A stretch of DNA of 64,000 nt from an uncultured Prolixibacteraceae bacterium (GTDB lineage Bacteria > Bacteroidota > Bacteroidia > Bacteroidales > Prolixibacteraceae), in the NCBI GenBank assembly GCA_937915865.1, contig CALGIG010000071.1, positions 41,184 through 105,183 on the forward strand, written 5' to 3'. A program made the position numbers and the translations under genes. The notes below the pieces were generated by a model, which had not been told where the DNA came from, ran no database searches, and was given only the letters and a program-made list of their open reading frames with translations. This document shows, piece after piece, positions 18,491-27,542 of this stretch. How positions within the stretch are numbered: the stretch's first letter is position 1; every line of letters starts with the position of its first letter.

Positions 18491-19243
18491 TTACTTTTCA
18501 CCCTTATTCCTTACCTTATTTTCCCCGGTATGATCAAATCCACGTTCCCTCTCATAATTAATCATTTGCTTTGGCCTCATGTTTATTATCATTGCCCTGC
18601 GATGTGAACCGGTGGTATTTCCGCGGCTGTAATGAACGGTTGCCCCATGGTGTATCACTACCGATCCTGGTTCAAGTTCAACATACACTCCTTCCGATTC
18701 GTTCCCATCACAAATCAGGGCCCCGTTTTTAGCAGTTGAAGTATGTTCTCTCATCGGCTGAAGATGGGAACCAGGCACATACCACATGCACCCGTTATCA
18801 ATAGTTGCATGATCTAAAGGCATCCAGGCACTTAATGCTCTTTTGTCGGGCATATCGATCCAATAGGCGCAATCCTGGTGCCATGGCGTCGGGGAATTAC
18901 TGTACGGAGGTTTATTGATCAGCATATCAAAGTCAATCTCAAGATCATTTCCCATGAGTTGATGACCAATCGCCGTAACCTTCTGATAATATTCTGAATC
19001 GCGGAGAATCGGCAAATATTTTGAGGGAATCATAATCTGCGTGATACTCTCTTTCGCCGCTTTATCATCCGACCCTTTTAAATCTCTCCTGCTATTTCCG
19101 ACATCAATTTTCCCGGAAATAAAATCGTCGTAAATTCCCTGATACCCGACAACCATTTCATTGGATATTAAGCCCCGGACGACTAAATACCCGTTTTCAC
19201 GAAAAAAGTTAATGTCTTCCTGTAATATAGCTTTTTTTGTCAT
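18491..19243 (-). CDS. Phytanoyl-CoA dioxygenase (PhyH) family Fe(II)/2-oxoglutarate oxygenase.
   Basis: I chose the start at ATG 19243 (MTKKAILQEDINFFRENGYLVVRGL). The WHQD...H pattern (PWHQDCAYW ... HHGATVHYS) matches the PhyH facial triad layout. Confidence 0.7.
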   Translation of the reverse strand: MTKKAILQEDINFFRENGYLVVRGLISNEMVVGYQGIYDDFISGKIDVGNSRRDLKGSDDKAAKESITQIMIPSKYLPILRDSEYYQKVTAIGHQLMGNDLEIDFDMLINKPPYSNSPTPWHQDCAYWIDMPDKRALSAWMPLDHATIDNGCMWYVPGSHLQPMREHTSTAKNGALICDGNESEGVYVELEPGSVVIHHGATVHYSRGNTTGSHRRAMIINMRPKQMINYERERGFDHTGENKVRNKGEK

Positions 19244-19278
19244 ATCGATTGTTTTAAAATTATTTTTTAGAATTTTTT

Positions 19279-19497
19279 TTATACAATATCGGAGCTGTTC
19301 CAACTGGCTACAATTTTTACAGTTTCGGCTGGATCAGACCAACCCCAGATGGCAACTTCCGAATTTTGCTGGAGAACCATATTATCGGCAAACACCGAAG
19401 GAAGTACGATCTTCCCGTACGAAGGAAATACAGTTTTCCCGTATGAACCTGTAATGAAAAGGAAAAAAGCGAGAATGATTAAAATTGTATGTTTCAT
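19279..19497 (-). pseudogene. N-terminal remnant of a sialate O-acetylesterase-like (SASA/SGNH-type) secreted esterase.
   Basis: Only 72 codons survive: a signal peptide plus LPSVFADNMVLQQNSEVAIWGW, which resembles the N-terminus of proteins normally longer than 450 aa. It then runs into the PhyH gene region. Confidence 0.5.
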
Positions 19498-19512
19498 TTT
19501 TATTTTCTTGTC

Positions 19513-21672
19513 TTAGGTGAGTTCAAAACAAACGATTTCGCTTATTAAAATCCGGGGTATAGTCACCTCGATCCCATTGCCAACCTGTCGTTGTTTAAGT
19601 TTTTCTCCTGACACAGCGGCTAAAACGGAGACATTTCGCATCGGAATGTTGAGCTTCACCCGGATATCGGTCAACGCAACAGGGTCATCATGCACCACCG
19701 GATGAGGAGGCGTTTTTCGGGTTGGCGACCAGTTGACCAAATGTACCATGTAACGTTCCGGACGGCGCAACTCCTGATCGGCAGGCTGGTATGTAACCGT
19801 AATTTCAGTATTGAGCGGAGCATTTGTTTCAACCAGTCTTGCCGGGTAAACCTCATTAACCAACTTTTGAAATGCAGTCCGGTAAATCCAGTATCCCGCA
19901 TTGTAATAACTTTCGCCCACAGGAAATGCGGCAAAGCCTACTTTGCCACTCACTGCCAGCGCCGAGTATTCGGTCGTGTGGTCAAACGGAGATTGCGCGT
20001 GACTCGTATAATGTTCAGCGCTCCTTTGGAAAAGCGGTTCTCCAAGCGTAGCCGATGATTTAGCCGGATGCCGGACTTTCCACTGCGAAGCCCCGTCATA
20101 CAATGCATAAGCATAACCAGGCATGTCGTTGACGAAATTGTTGCTGGTTACAAAATAGGCTGGTTTGTATGGCGATTGCCCGTAATACTGCATCCCGTAA
20201 CGTTCGAGCCACGATTGTTTGATTTCAGATTGAAGCCCTCCATTGTGGCAGGCAATGACCGAACCGCCTTTCTCAATATAGCGATTCAGCCTTTCAACAG
20301 TACCCTGATCGGGCATGAATTCATCGGGAATTACCACCAGGTTGTAACGTTCCCAATCCTGGCCAGGCCCAACCAAATCGAACTGAAGCTTCAACTCAAT
20401 CATCAGCTTGACAACGCCCATAACGAAGGTGTCTCTCACAGTTGACAGGGGCACATCCGGGATCAGAAGCGCCGCTTCGGTAACCGGCGCCGCCTGATCA
20501 AGCCACGGTTCCAGTTTTTTTATCCGTCCGAATGATTTTCCCAGGACATAATACACTGCCGCATCCAATTGTCCATCGGGAGGCATTTGGTCGCCTACAT
20601 CGCAACGGGCCGCATTGGCAACCAGACTGGCCAGTTCAACGTCAAGCTGCTGGGGAAGTTTCAGGCCGCCAAAATCGGCCCAGGATAATGCAAAACGGCC
20701 CGTCACTCCATAAACAGGCAATCCAAAATTACGCTGGTACCTGATCTGGAGCGGGGCATACCAATAGCCCCACATCGGAGTAGTTGGCAAAGCTTCAACA
20801 TCGATATTATCGAGAAAACCAGCTCGTTCACTCAGCTCACCCACTCCTCCATCATTAAAATCGACCTGGCATGAAGGTTTTATCTCGTGTACCAACTCCT
20901 TCATCCGGCGATGAAAATCAAGAAAATTTTTGTTCATATTTTCTCGTTGTGCTTCCTTATCGTATGGGTCTTTTCCCGAAGCTATGATTTGGCGCATACA
21001 TGAATCGCAATAACATTCAGGTGCAATAGGTGAGGCCATATCCAGCCATGCGCCGTCAAGATCATAATGGGAAACAAATTCCCGAATGTGTTTCTCCACC
21101 AAGTCAACAAAATCTTTGTTTCCCAGGCACAAAGCCGTCCATCCCGGAATTTCACCCGGCTTAGGCCGGTAATCAGAGCCGTCGCGTTTGCGCATATTCC
21201 ATTCCGGATGCGTGTCGGCCAGGTAATTGTCCCAAGAAGCGCAATAATAACCATATACAGCAATATTACGTTCGCGACAGGCTTTGACCTGTTCTCCGAG
21301 CAAATCGAACGACAGACCGGGGTGAACCGGGCCATATTTACTGGGGTAATAAAAATAACCGTACATATCTTTGGCAAAAACAACTATACTGTCAAGATTC
21401 CCGGTAACTAATTGATCACCCCATTCATTGGCATTGAATTTGTTCCCGATTTTGGGAATATACTTTGAATTGTGAAAATCAAGGTGCACTTTACGCCACG
21501 GCTTTTTCTTATGGCTGAAAAAACGGGGGTCGATCCATAATTCAGGCGCTTCACCTGTATAATCAGAACTGATCCCGGTTGACGAAAACGCTTGTAACGG
21601 AATAACCTGGGAAGCTATTACTCCTGTTCCTAATGTAGTTAAAAAATGCCGGCGATTTAAAGTTGATTTCAT
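19513..21672 (-). CDS. TAT-signal secreted glycoside-hydrolase-like protein (TIM-barrel GHL6/GH42-like N-terminal half plus additional domains).
   Basis: 719 aa. Has an RRHFL twin-arginine signal. Segments HLDFHNS...VVFAKDMYGYFYYPS and ECYCDSC resemble the 'hypothetical glycosyl hydrolase 6' / GH42-like families. The assignment is from memory only. Confidence 0.5.
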   Translation of the reverse strand: MKSTLNRRHFLTTLGTGVIASQVIPLQAFSSTGISSDYTGEAPELWIDPRFFSHKKKPWRKVHLDFHNSKYIPKIGNKFNANEWGDQLVTGNLDSIVVFAKDMYGYFYYPSKYGPVHPGLSFDLLGEQVKACRERNIAVYGYYCASWDNYLADTHPEWNMRKRDGSDYRPKPGEIPGWTALCLGNKDFVDLVEKHIREFVSHYDLDGAWLDMASPIAPECYCDSCMRQIIASGKDPYDKEAQRENMNKNFLDFHRRMKELVHEIKPSCQVDFNDGGVGELSERAGFLDNIDVEALPTTPMWGYWYAPLQIRYQRNFGLPVYGVTGRFALSWADFGGLKLPQQLDVELASLVANAARCDVGDQMPPDGQLDAAVYYVLGKSFGRIKKLEPWLDQAAPVTEAALLIPDVPLSTVRDTFVMGVVKLMIELKLQFDLVGPGQDWERYNLVVIPDEFMPDQGTVERLNRYIEKGGSVIACHNGGLQSEIKQSWLERYGMQYYGQSPYKPAYFVTSNNFVNDMPGYAYALYDGASQWKVRHPAKSSATLGEPLFQRSAEHYTSHAQSPFDHTTEYSALAVSGKVGFAAFPVGESYYNAGYWIYRTAFQKLVNEVYPARLVETNAPLNTEITVTYQPADQELRRPERYMVHLVNWSPTRKTPPHPVVHDDPVALTDIRVKLNIPMRNVSVLAAVSGEKLKQRQVGNGIEVTIPRILISEIVCFELT

Positions 21673-21685
21673 CTTTTATGTATTT

Positions 21686-23656
21686 TTAATGTGCATTACT
21701 AATTTTTACAACAAACCCTCCGCCTTCAACCATATTCAATTTCAGCTTTGAGCATTTAGTTATTTTCTTGTCTTCAAACTCATAGTCTGTTCCTATACGG
21801 TCGGCGTTGGGGCCGTCTCTCAATATCCGGGCATCGAAACTACCCTCACCGAGAAATGAACAGTCAATTATGACTTCCCTTGCTGTTTCACCGTTTAACC
21901 CGGCCACGTACCAGTTCCCTCCGGTTTGCCGTGCTTCCACCAGGTACTCTCCAAACCGGGCTTCAAGCACTTTCGTATCGTCCCACACGGTGGGTATTTT
22001 GGATATAAAGCGGATCACCTCCGGTTCCCTTTCATACACAGAAGGGGCATCACATACCATTTTCAGGGGTTCGTTGTAAACTACGAACAAAGCCATTTCG
22101 TTGCACCGGGAACCATGTACCACCGGCAAGGTAAACCGCAGGTTGTGACCGGACTGCAGGTTACGCATGCCTCCCGGAGTAAAATCCATCGGCCCGAGCA
22201 ATCCCCGCGTAAAGGGAAGGATCACTTTATGGGAAAGTGTAACCTTGTCGTCCGAAAGCTTGTTCCATTCATTGCCGGCAACCGCTTCAATGTTGATCAC
22301 GTTCGGATAAGTCCTTGAAAGCCCCGTTGGCTTTGCCGCCCCGTGAAAGTCGACCAGCATTTTGCGGGCGGCTGCTGCTTTCGCAATTTCTTCATACATC
22401 CGTATTCCGGTCTGATCTTCCCTTCCAAAGAAATCAGCCTTCACCCCTGCAATTCCAAGCGAGGCAAAAAAATTCAGTGCGCCGTCAAGGTTACGATAAA
22501 GCGAGTGCCCCGGGCACCAAACCATTACTTTCACTCCTTTCGATTTGGCATAATCAGTGATCCGCTTAATGTCCACTTCTGGGTTAACGAGCGTAAGGTC
22601 GTATTTATCAGTCCATAGCCAGTCGATCAGGAGGTATTCCAAACCATATTTCGCGGCAAAGTCGATGTGATAAAGGTACGTTTGGGTATTTACGCCACCT
22701 CTGAAATTTTGGCCTTCCACCACGTAGTCATGCCACCATTCCCAGGCTGCCTTCCCGGGTTTGATCCAATCTGTTTCCTTTAACTCACAGGGTTTGGAAA
22801 GCTGGTAAACCAGGTCACAATCGGGAAAGGTTCGGTCGTCGTCACTGATGACCAGCAAACGCCACGGGTATTCGCGTGAGCCATTGGTAACAGCAATGTA
22901 GCCGGCCTGCTGGTCAGCAATCTGCGAATAGTTGCTGAACCCGCCGGTTTTGGTCGTTAAAGCATATTTCTCAAATGTTCCTTTCAAATTATTCTCGTAG
23001 TCATTGCCACGATCGAGAAACAAACTGGGATAATCATAAAGCCCGGCTTCGGTAATTAGTACCTTCACGTTGGCTGTGGGTTCAACAATTACCGGAAGGT
23101 ATATTTTATCCATCACGTTATCAAAATGATGAGTATCCTGAACATCCAGGGGAACATGCTTGAAATTGGTTTCATAACTTTTGGAATCGAGCATCCATGC
23201 TGATACGCCAAATTTGAAATGAAACGCCACTTCTTCGGTTTTCACCGTCACCTGTTTATCTTTCAGACGGGTAACAAAACGGTACGCTATGCCGGTGTTA
23301 TACGCCCGGAACTCCACAGAAAAATCCCCGTTAAAATTCAGGGTTAGCTGGTTGTAATAATCCCGGATTTTTTTCCGGCTACCCCAAACAGTTGCCAGAG
23401 AAGTGTCTGTCGTTCCTGTGTTCGAACTGACCAGTTCCGGATTCGCCCCAAGCACCCGGTCTCCGATCGTTAAGCTGATCGGGGAGGCTTCCAAAACCCT
23501 TTCGTTTTTGAAGAGAACAGTGTAATAAATTTTCTCCCTGAGGATAATCTCTGCGGTAATATTCCCATCAGGTGATGTTAATTTCACGTCCGACGCATGA
23601 GTTACAATACTAATTACTGAAAACAGCATTAAAAGAATAAGCTCATTTATTTTCAT
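21686..23656 (-). CDS. Glycoside hydrolase family 97 (alpha-glucosidase/alpha-galactosidase family).
   Basis: 656 aa with a signal peptide. It has the typical GH97 N-terminus (SPDGNI...KIYYTVLFKNERVL) and a catalytic region (GVKADFFGRED, VDFHGAAKPTGLSRTYPN). Confidence 0.88.
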   Translation of the reverse strand: MKINELILLMLFSVISIVTHASDVKLTSPDGNITAEIILREKIYYTVLFKNERVLEASPISLTIGDRVLGANPELVSSNTGTTDTSLATVWGSRKKIRDYYNQLTLNFNGDFSVEFRAYNTGIAYRFVTRLKDKQVTVKTEEVAFHFKFGVSAWMLDSKSYETNFKHVPLDVQDTHHFDNVMDKIYLPVIVEPTANVKVLITEAGLYDYPSLFLDRGNDYENNLKGTFEKYALTTKTGGFSNYSQIADQQAGYIAVTNGSREYPWRLLVISDDDRTFPDCDLVYQLSKPCELKETDWIKPGKAAWEWWHDYVVEGQNFRGGVNTQTYLYHIDFAAKYGLEYLLIDWLWTDKYDLTLVNPEVDIKRITDYAKSKGVKVMVWCPGHSLYRNLDGALNFFASLGIAGVKADFFGREDQTGIRMYEEIAKAAAARKMLVDFHGAAKPTGLSRTYPNVINIEAVAGNEWNKLSDDKVTLSHKVILPFTRGLLGPMDFTPGGMRNLQSGHNLRFTLPVVHGSRCNEMALFVVYNEPLKMVCDAPSVYEREPEVIRFISKIPTVWDDTKVLEARFGEYLVEARQTGGNWYVAGLNGETAREVIIDCSFLGEGSFDARILRDGPNADRIGTDYEFEDKKITKCSKLKLNMVEGGGFVVKISNAH

Positions 23657-23657
23657 A

Positions 23658-25403
23658 TTATTTTATATTATTACCCTCAATTACAAGATGGTCCACATTT
23701 TTTGTATAGATGGGCTTTTTATTGTTAATACCATATTTTTCTCCATGTGCTCTGACGATGGCCTTACTGATGGTAATTTGATTCCCGGTAATCTGCACGC
23801 TGTCTGCAGATGTGACGATTATTGCCGGTATTGTGCTGTTTTCGATATTATTATTTTTAATTATAATATTTTTAAATCCTCCTGACGGTGCAATCTGGTT
23901 TTTACCATTGGTAAAAATTACCGAAAGGGGAGCGGCCTGCTCAATACCATAATTGGAATTAGCGAACATGCAATCCTTTATGGTATTATTCTCGATTATC
24001 AGGTTTCTTGCAAGTCCTGCTTCCATAAACCAGAATTCCGGGGCGATGCTGATCCCGCACAGTTCACATCCGGTGATTTCGTTGTCTGAAATAATACCAT
24101 CAGAAGATTTTATAAGCAAACCACGTGCTCGGGTGTTTCCAATTTTATTATTCTTTACAACAAATCCCGAACCGCTCATATCGAGCGAATAAACAACATC
24201 ACCGGTAGCAACAGTTAGTTTGCGATCGAGTGTTAAGCGGGTTATGAAAGGTGTTTCGCTTCCATATATAGACGATTTTTCATACATTTTTGAAAGCTTT
24301 TCAGTTAGCCTCTTATGTTTTGCCTGCGGATAATCTGATATCTGTTCAATTTTAAGCACTTTGGCATCACCAATAACTCTTCCATCATAACTGACAAATC
24401 TCAGCATATTACCTGGTGCCATTTGTATTCCCGGAAAACGTGCTGCAAGGTCTATTATATCACCTTTGTTGTTTAGAACTTTATAAAAAGTGGTGTGTAT
24501 TGCAATATCGTCGTCGCCATTGTCCATAAGAGTGCAATTAGTGATTTTTGGTCCTATTTTGGCGCTCCTGCTGTTAATGGCATCCCTGTTAATTGAGACG
24601 AGCCTTGGATAAGAGACCTTCGGATCATCCAGTTTTTTTATTACCTTGCAACGGTTATAGGAATTCTTCTCACACTCAAGTTCGTAAAATCCGACAAAAT
24701 TGCCCGAATAAATGGTCACATCTTCAAACTGAATATTTTTTGACCGGGATGTGACGATTGTATGGGGTTTGGTGCCTTCATAATTAAGTCCGATAACTAC
24801 CAAATCGCCTAAAGCTTCATTTGAATCCGGATTGTATTGCTTTTTTTCAAATCGGAATCTCCTTTCCCCAACTTTTTCAATTTTATCCCAAATCCCCGTG
24901 AAATAGGTATAAAGATTCTTCTTCAGCTGATTGGTATTCGGATCAAAAATTTGTACAAATCCAGGCAAAACACTCCCAAGTCTTCCTAACGGATAGCCAC
25001 CCATTATTTCAACTTCCCACCACATGCGTTTGACAGAATCTATTGCAACTATTTTCCCTTGTGTGAAAGGTAGGGTGTCACAATCGATGCTGAAGCCGGA
25101 TATCTTGACATTCTCGCAATTTGAAATCTGGATGGCTCGCGACGGACGCATAGTTATCACCTCTGATCCGTTTGCGTTAATCTCGATATCTTTAAGACTA
25201 TCAAGGGTCAAAGGTTTAATATCTTCGGTAAACATATAATATGTTCCTTTTGGAATGTCGATTTTTTTCTGTCCCTCTTTAAGAGCCTTATAAACTATCT
25301 CTGCAAAGTCTTTCCTTTCATTTTTTTCATTCTTTTTGACACAGGCTCCAAATAGAAGCGACAGAATAAAAAATGAAACCAGTGCTTCTTTCAGTTTTTC
25401 CAT
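23658..25403 (-). CDS. Secreted right-handed parallel beta-helix repeat protein (probable carbohydrate-active enzyme, family unassigned).
   Basis: 581 aa with a lipoprotein-like signal (FGAC). It has repeated NxxIxN/ITGN beta-helix turns (NNKIGNT, ENNTIKD, KNNNIENS, ITGNQI). Confidence 0.65.
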   Translation of the reverse strand: MEKLKEALVSFFILSLLFGACVKKNEKNERKDFAEIVYKALKEGQKKIDIPKGTYYMFTEDIKPLTLDSLKDIEINANGSEVITMRPSRAIQISNCENVKISGFSIDCDTLPFTQGKIVAIDSVKRMWWEVEIMGGYPLGRLGSVLPGFVQIFDPNTNQLKKNLYTYFTGIWDKIEKVGERRFRFEKKQYNPDSNEALGDLVVIGLNYEGTKPHTIVTSRSKNIQFEDVTIYSGNFVGFYELECEKNSYNRCKVIKKLDDPKVSYPRLVSINRDAINSRSAKIGPKITNCTLMDNGDDDIAIHTTFYKVLNNKGDIIDLAARFPGIQMAPGNMLRFVSYDGRVIGDAKVLKIEQISDYPQAKHKRLTEKLSKMYEKSSIYGSETPFITRLTLDRKLTVATGDVVYSLDMSGSGFVVKNNKIGNTRARGLLIKSSDGIISDNEITGCELCGISIAPEFWFMEAGLARNLIIENNTIKDCMFANSNYGIEQAAPLSVIFTNGKNQIAPSGGFKNIIIKNNNIENSTIPAIIVTSADSVQITGNQITISKAIVRAHGEKYGINNKKPIYTKNVDHLVIEGNNIK

Positions 25404-25654
25404 TTTAATAAAATTATAAGTTAAATTCCCCGACCTCAGCAGGAAAATAAAAATTTAAATTATAAGCTGGGAATAAACAATTCAAGCTGATCTTGAATCA
25501 CAGAATAATGCCCTTGTTTAGGTCTTGCTGGAATATCAACATACCACACCCCAGACACCTTGTCGCTATACGAATAAAAGGAACCTAAAAAGCTTACCTA
25601 ACTCAATTTTGCGATATTACGTCTAGAACTTAAAAAGCATAATAATAAGGAAGG

Positions 25655-25697
25655 AACTGAAGCTATTTTATGGTAGTAACCATTGATAGCTTCAGTT
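25655..25697 (-). terminator. Long hairpin immediately downstream of susD (attenuator/terminator or processing-site candidate).
   Basis: The stems aactgaagcta (25655-25665) and tagcttcagtt (25687-25697) are perfect 11-bp complements, with an inner atggt/accat stem. The hairpin lies in the only long (319-bp) gap of the PUL. Confidence 0.4.
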
Positions 25698-25722
25698 TTT
25701 TTCCGATCGACTAAAAAATATA

Positions 25723-27519
25723 TCAATAACCCGGATTTTCTACCAAATTTGGATTATTTCCAGTGCGCGCTGTTGTTATGGGAAAATAATAATTATAGTT
25801 GTAAAATACTGGATTCGAATTAGCCCCATCATAATTTTTAACCACCTGTAATTTATACTTTCCGGTAGTGAAATCCAGAATATAACGTAAGCCTGACCGG
25901 TTTACCGTAAGTTCACTGACTGCTGTGCGCCATCTCCGAAGGTCCCAGTAACGTTGCCCTTCAAAGGCAAGTTCAACTTTTCTCTCATGACGTATTTTCT
26001 CGCGATCAATCGAACCTAATAAGGCAATCCCGGCCCTTGCCCTTATTTGATTTACGGCATCTAAAGCGTCTCCGGTTTTTCCGAGTTCGAAAGCCGCTTC
26101 GGCATAATCGAGCATAATTTCGGCATAACGGAAGATTGGCCAGTCCGTTCCTGAGGTTGCCCGTTCTCCCATATTGCTGTGACTTTCTTCCAAAAGTTTC
26201 ATAACCCCAAACCCGGTACCCGGGCCGGGACTAGAAGACTGAGATCCCTTTGCTAAAATACCGTTGTAAGAACCATCTGGCAAAATAGAACCATCTGGCA
26301 ATAAAAGACCATTATAAAAATCAACCTTACCGCCCTGCCAGGGTGTATCCTGCATATAGATGGTCGCATAGAAACGTGGGTCTTTATTGCCCCAAAGTTC
26401 GTCCATGGTCCATAAACCTTGTTGAATAGCGCTTATATCCAGTTTCCCTGTGGAGCCGTCCACATGTTCATATTCCTCAGCCATTTCCAGGTAAGGCGCG
26501 TTCTGGTTCCCTGCCCCCCAGGCATGTGGCTTCGGACATTGGAAGAAATCCCATACCCAACCATTGCCACCCTGGGACGGTTGATTGTAATCATGTCTCT
26601 GCGCCCAAATGATTTCAGGGTTGTTTTTAACAAGAAAGACATTCTTAAAATTGGTAACCTTATCAGCATCCTGATTATAAAGCGCGTAGCTACCGCTATT
26701 CATAATCGCTTTAGCGGCATCGTAAGCTTGCTGGTAATATCCGTTCGCTTTGGAGGCATCAATGCCAAGGATACCGTTTAGCTGTACCGTCCCAAACTGG
26801 GCGATGCTCCCGGCATAAAGGGCAGCCCTGCATTTTAAGGCCAGTGCAGCATATTTGGATGGCCTCCCAAGTTCGGTGGCTGCCCGTTCAGGAAGATCGT
26901 TGACAATCGCATCCATCTCCGACAAAACAAAGTCATATATTACCTGTTCCTTATCCCTGGCGCGATACAATTCCTCATCAGAAGCATTAATATCCTGCAC
27001 TTTGGTAATGAGCGGCACACCCCCGTAACGTTTCACCATGGAAAAATAATTGTAAGCCCTTAAAAACCGGGCTTCCGCTACTTTTGATTTCTTAAAGCCT
27101 TCATCGATTTGCGATTCAGGAAGCCGCTCTATAACCTCGTTCAGTTTCCGGATGGCCTGGTAGGAATACTCCCACCATTCCAAGACACCACCGCCAATTT
27201 GTATGCCGTTCATTTTTGCTTGCGATTGACCGTAAATCCAGTTACGGGTTGCCTCATCGGCTAGTTCATTCACAATAAACGGACCGTTCCAGTCCATGCT
27301 GGATGCCCAGTTGTCAAATGCCGATGCCGGTGTTTCGTTTTGTAAAATATACATATTGGTGTAAACATCTGTCAGATAAGCATCCAGCAATGCCTGGTCA
27401 TTCCAGAGCATATTGTCGCCAATAATATCCAGTGGTTCCTTTTGTAAAATATCATTAACGCAGGATGTCAACGATATCAAACCAATCATAAAAATATAAA
27501 TAAGTTTTTTCATGTTCAA
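25723..27519 (-). CDS. susD: SusD/RagB-family nutrient-binding outer-membrane lipoprotein.
   Basis: 598 aa with a lipoprotein signal (LTSC). The C-terminal pattern ERKVELAFEGQRYWDLRRW is typical of SusD homologs. It sits directly downstream of the susC-like gene. Confidence 0.9.
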   Translation of the reverse strand: MNMKKLIYIFMIGLISLTSCVNDILQKEPLDIIGDNMLWNDQALLDAYLTDVYTNMYILQNETPASAFDNWASSMDWNGPFIVNELADEATRNWIYGQSQAKMNGIQIGGGVLEWWEYSYQAIRKLNEVIERLPESQIDEGFKKSKVAEARFLRAYNYFSMVKRYGGVPLITKVQDINASDEELYRARDKEQVIYDFVLSEMDAIVNDLPERAATELGRPSKYAALALKCRAALYAGSIAQFGTVQLNGILGIDASKANGYYQQAYDAAKAIMNSGSYALYNQDADKVTNFKNVFLVKNNPEIIWAQRHDYNQPSQGGNGWVWDFFQCPKPHAWGAGNQNAPYLEMAEEYEHVDGSTGKLDISAIQQGLWTMDELWGNKDPRFYATIYMQDTPWQGGKVDFYNGLLLPDGSILPDGSYNGILAKGSQSSSPGPGTGFGVMKLLEESHSNMGERATSGTDWPIFRYAEIMLDYAEAAFELGKTGDALDAVNQIRARAGIALLGSIDREKIRHERKVELAFEGQRYWDLRRWRTAVSELTVNRSGLRYILDFTTGKYKLQVVKNYDGANSNPVFYNYNYYFPITTARTGNNPNLVENPGY

Positions 27520-27542
27520 TATTTTTTAGTTGTTAACAACTT

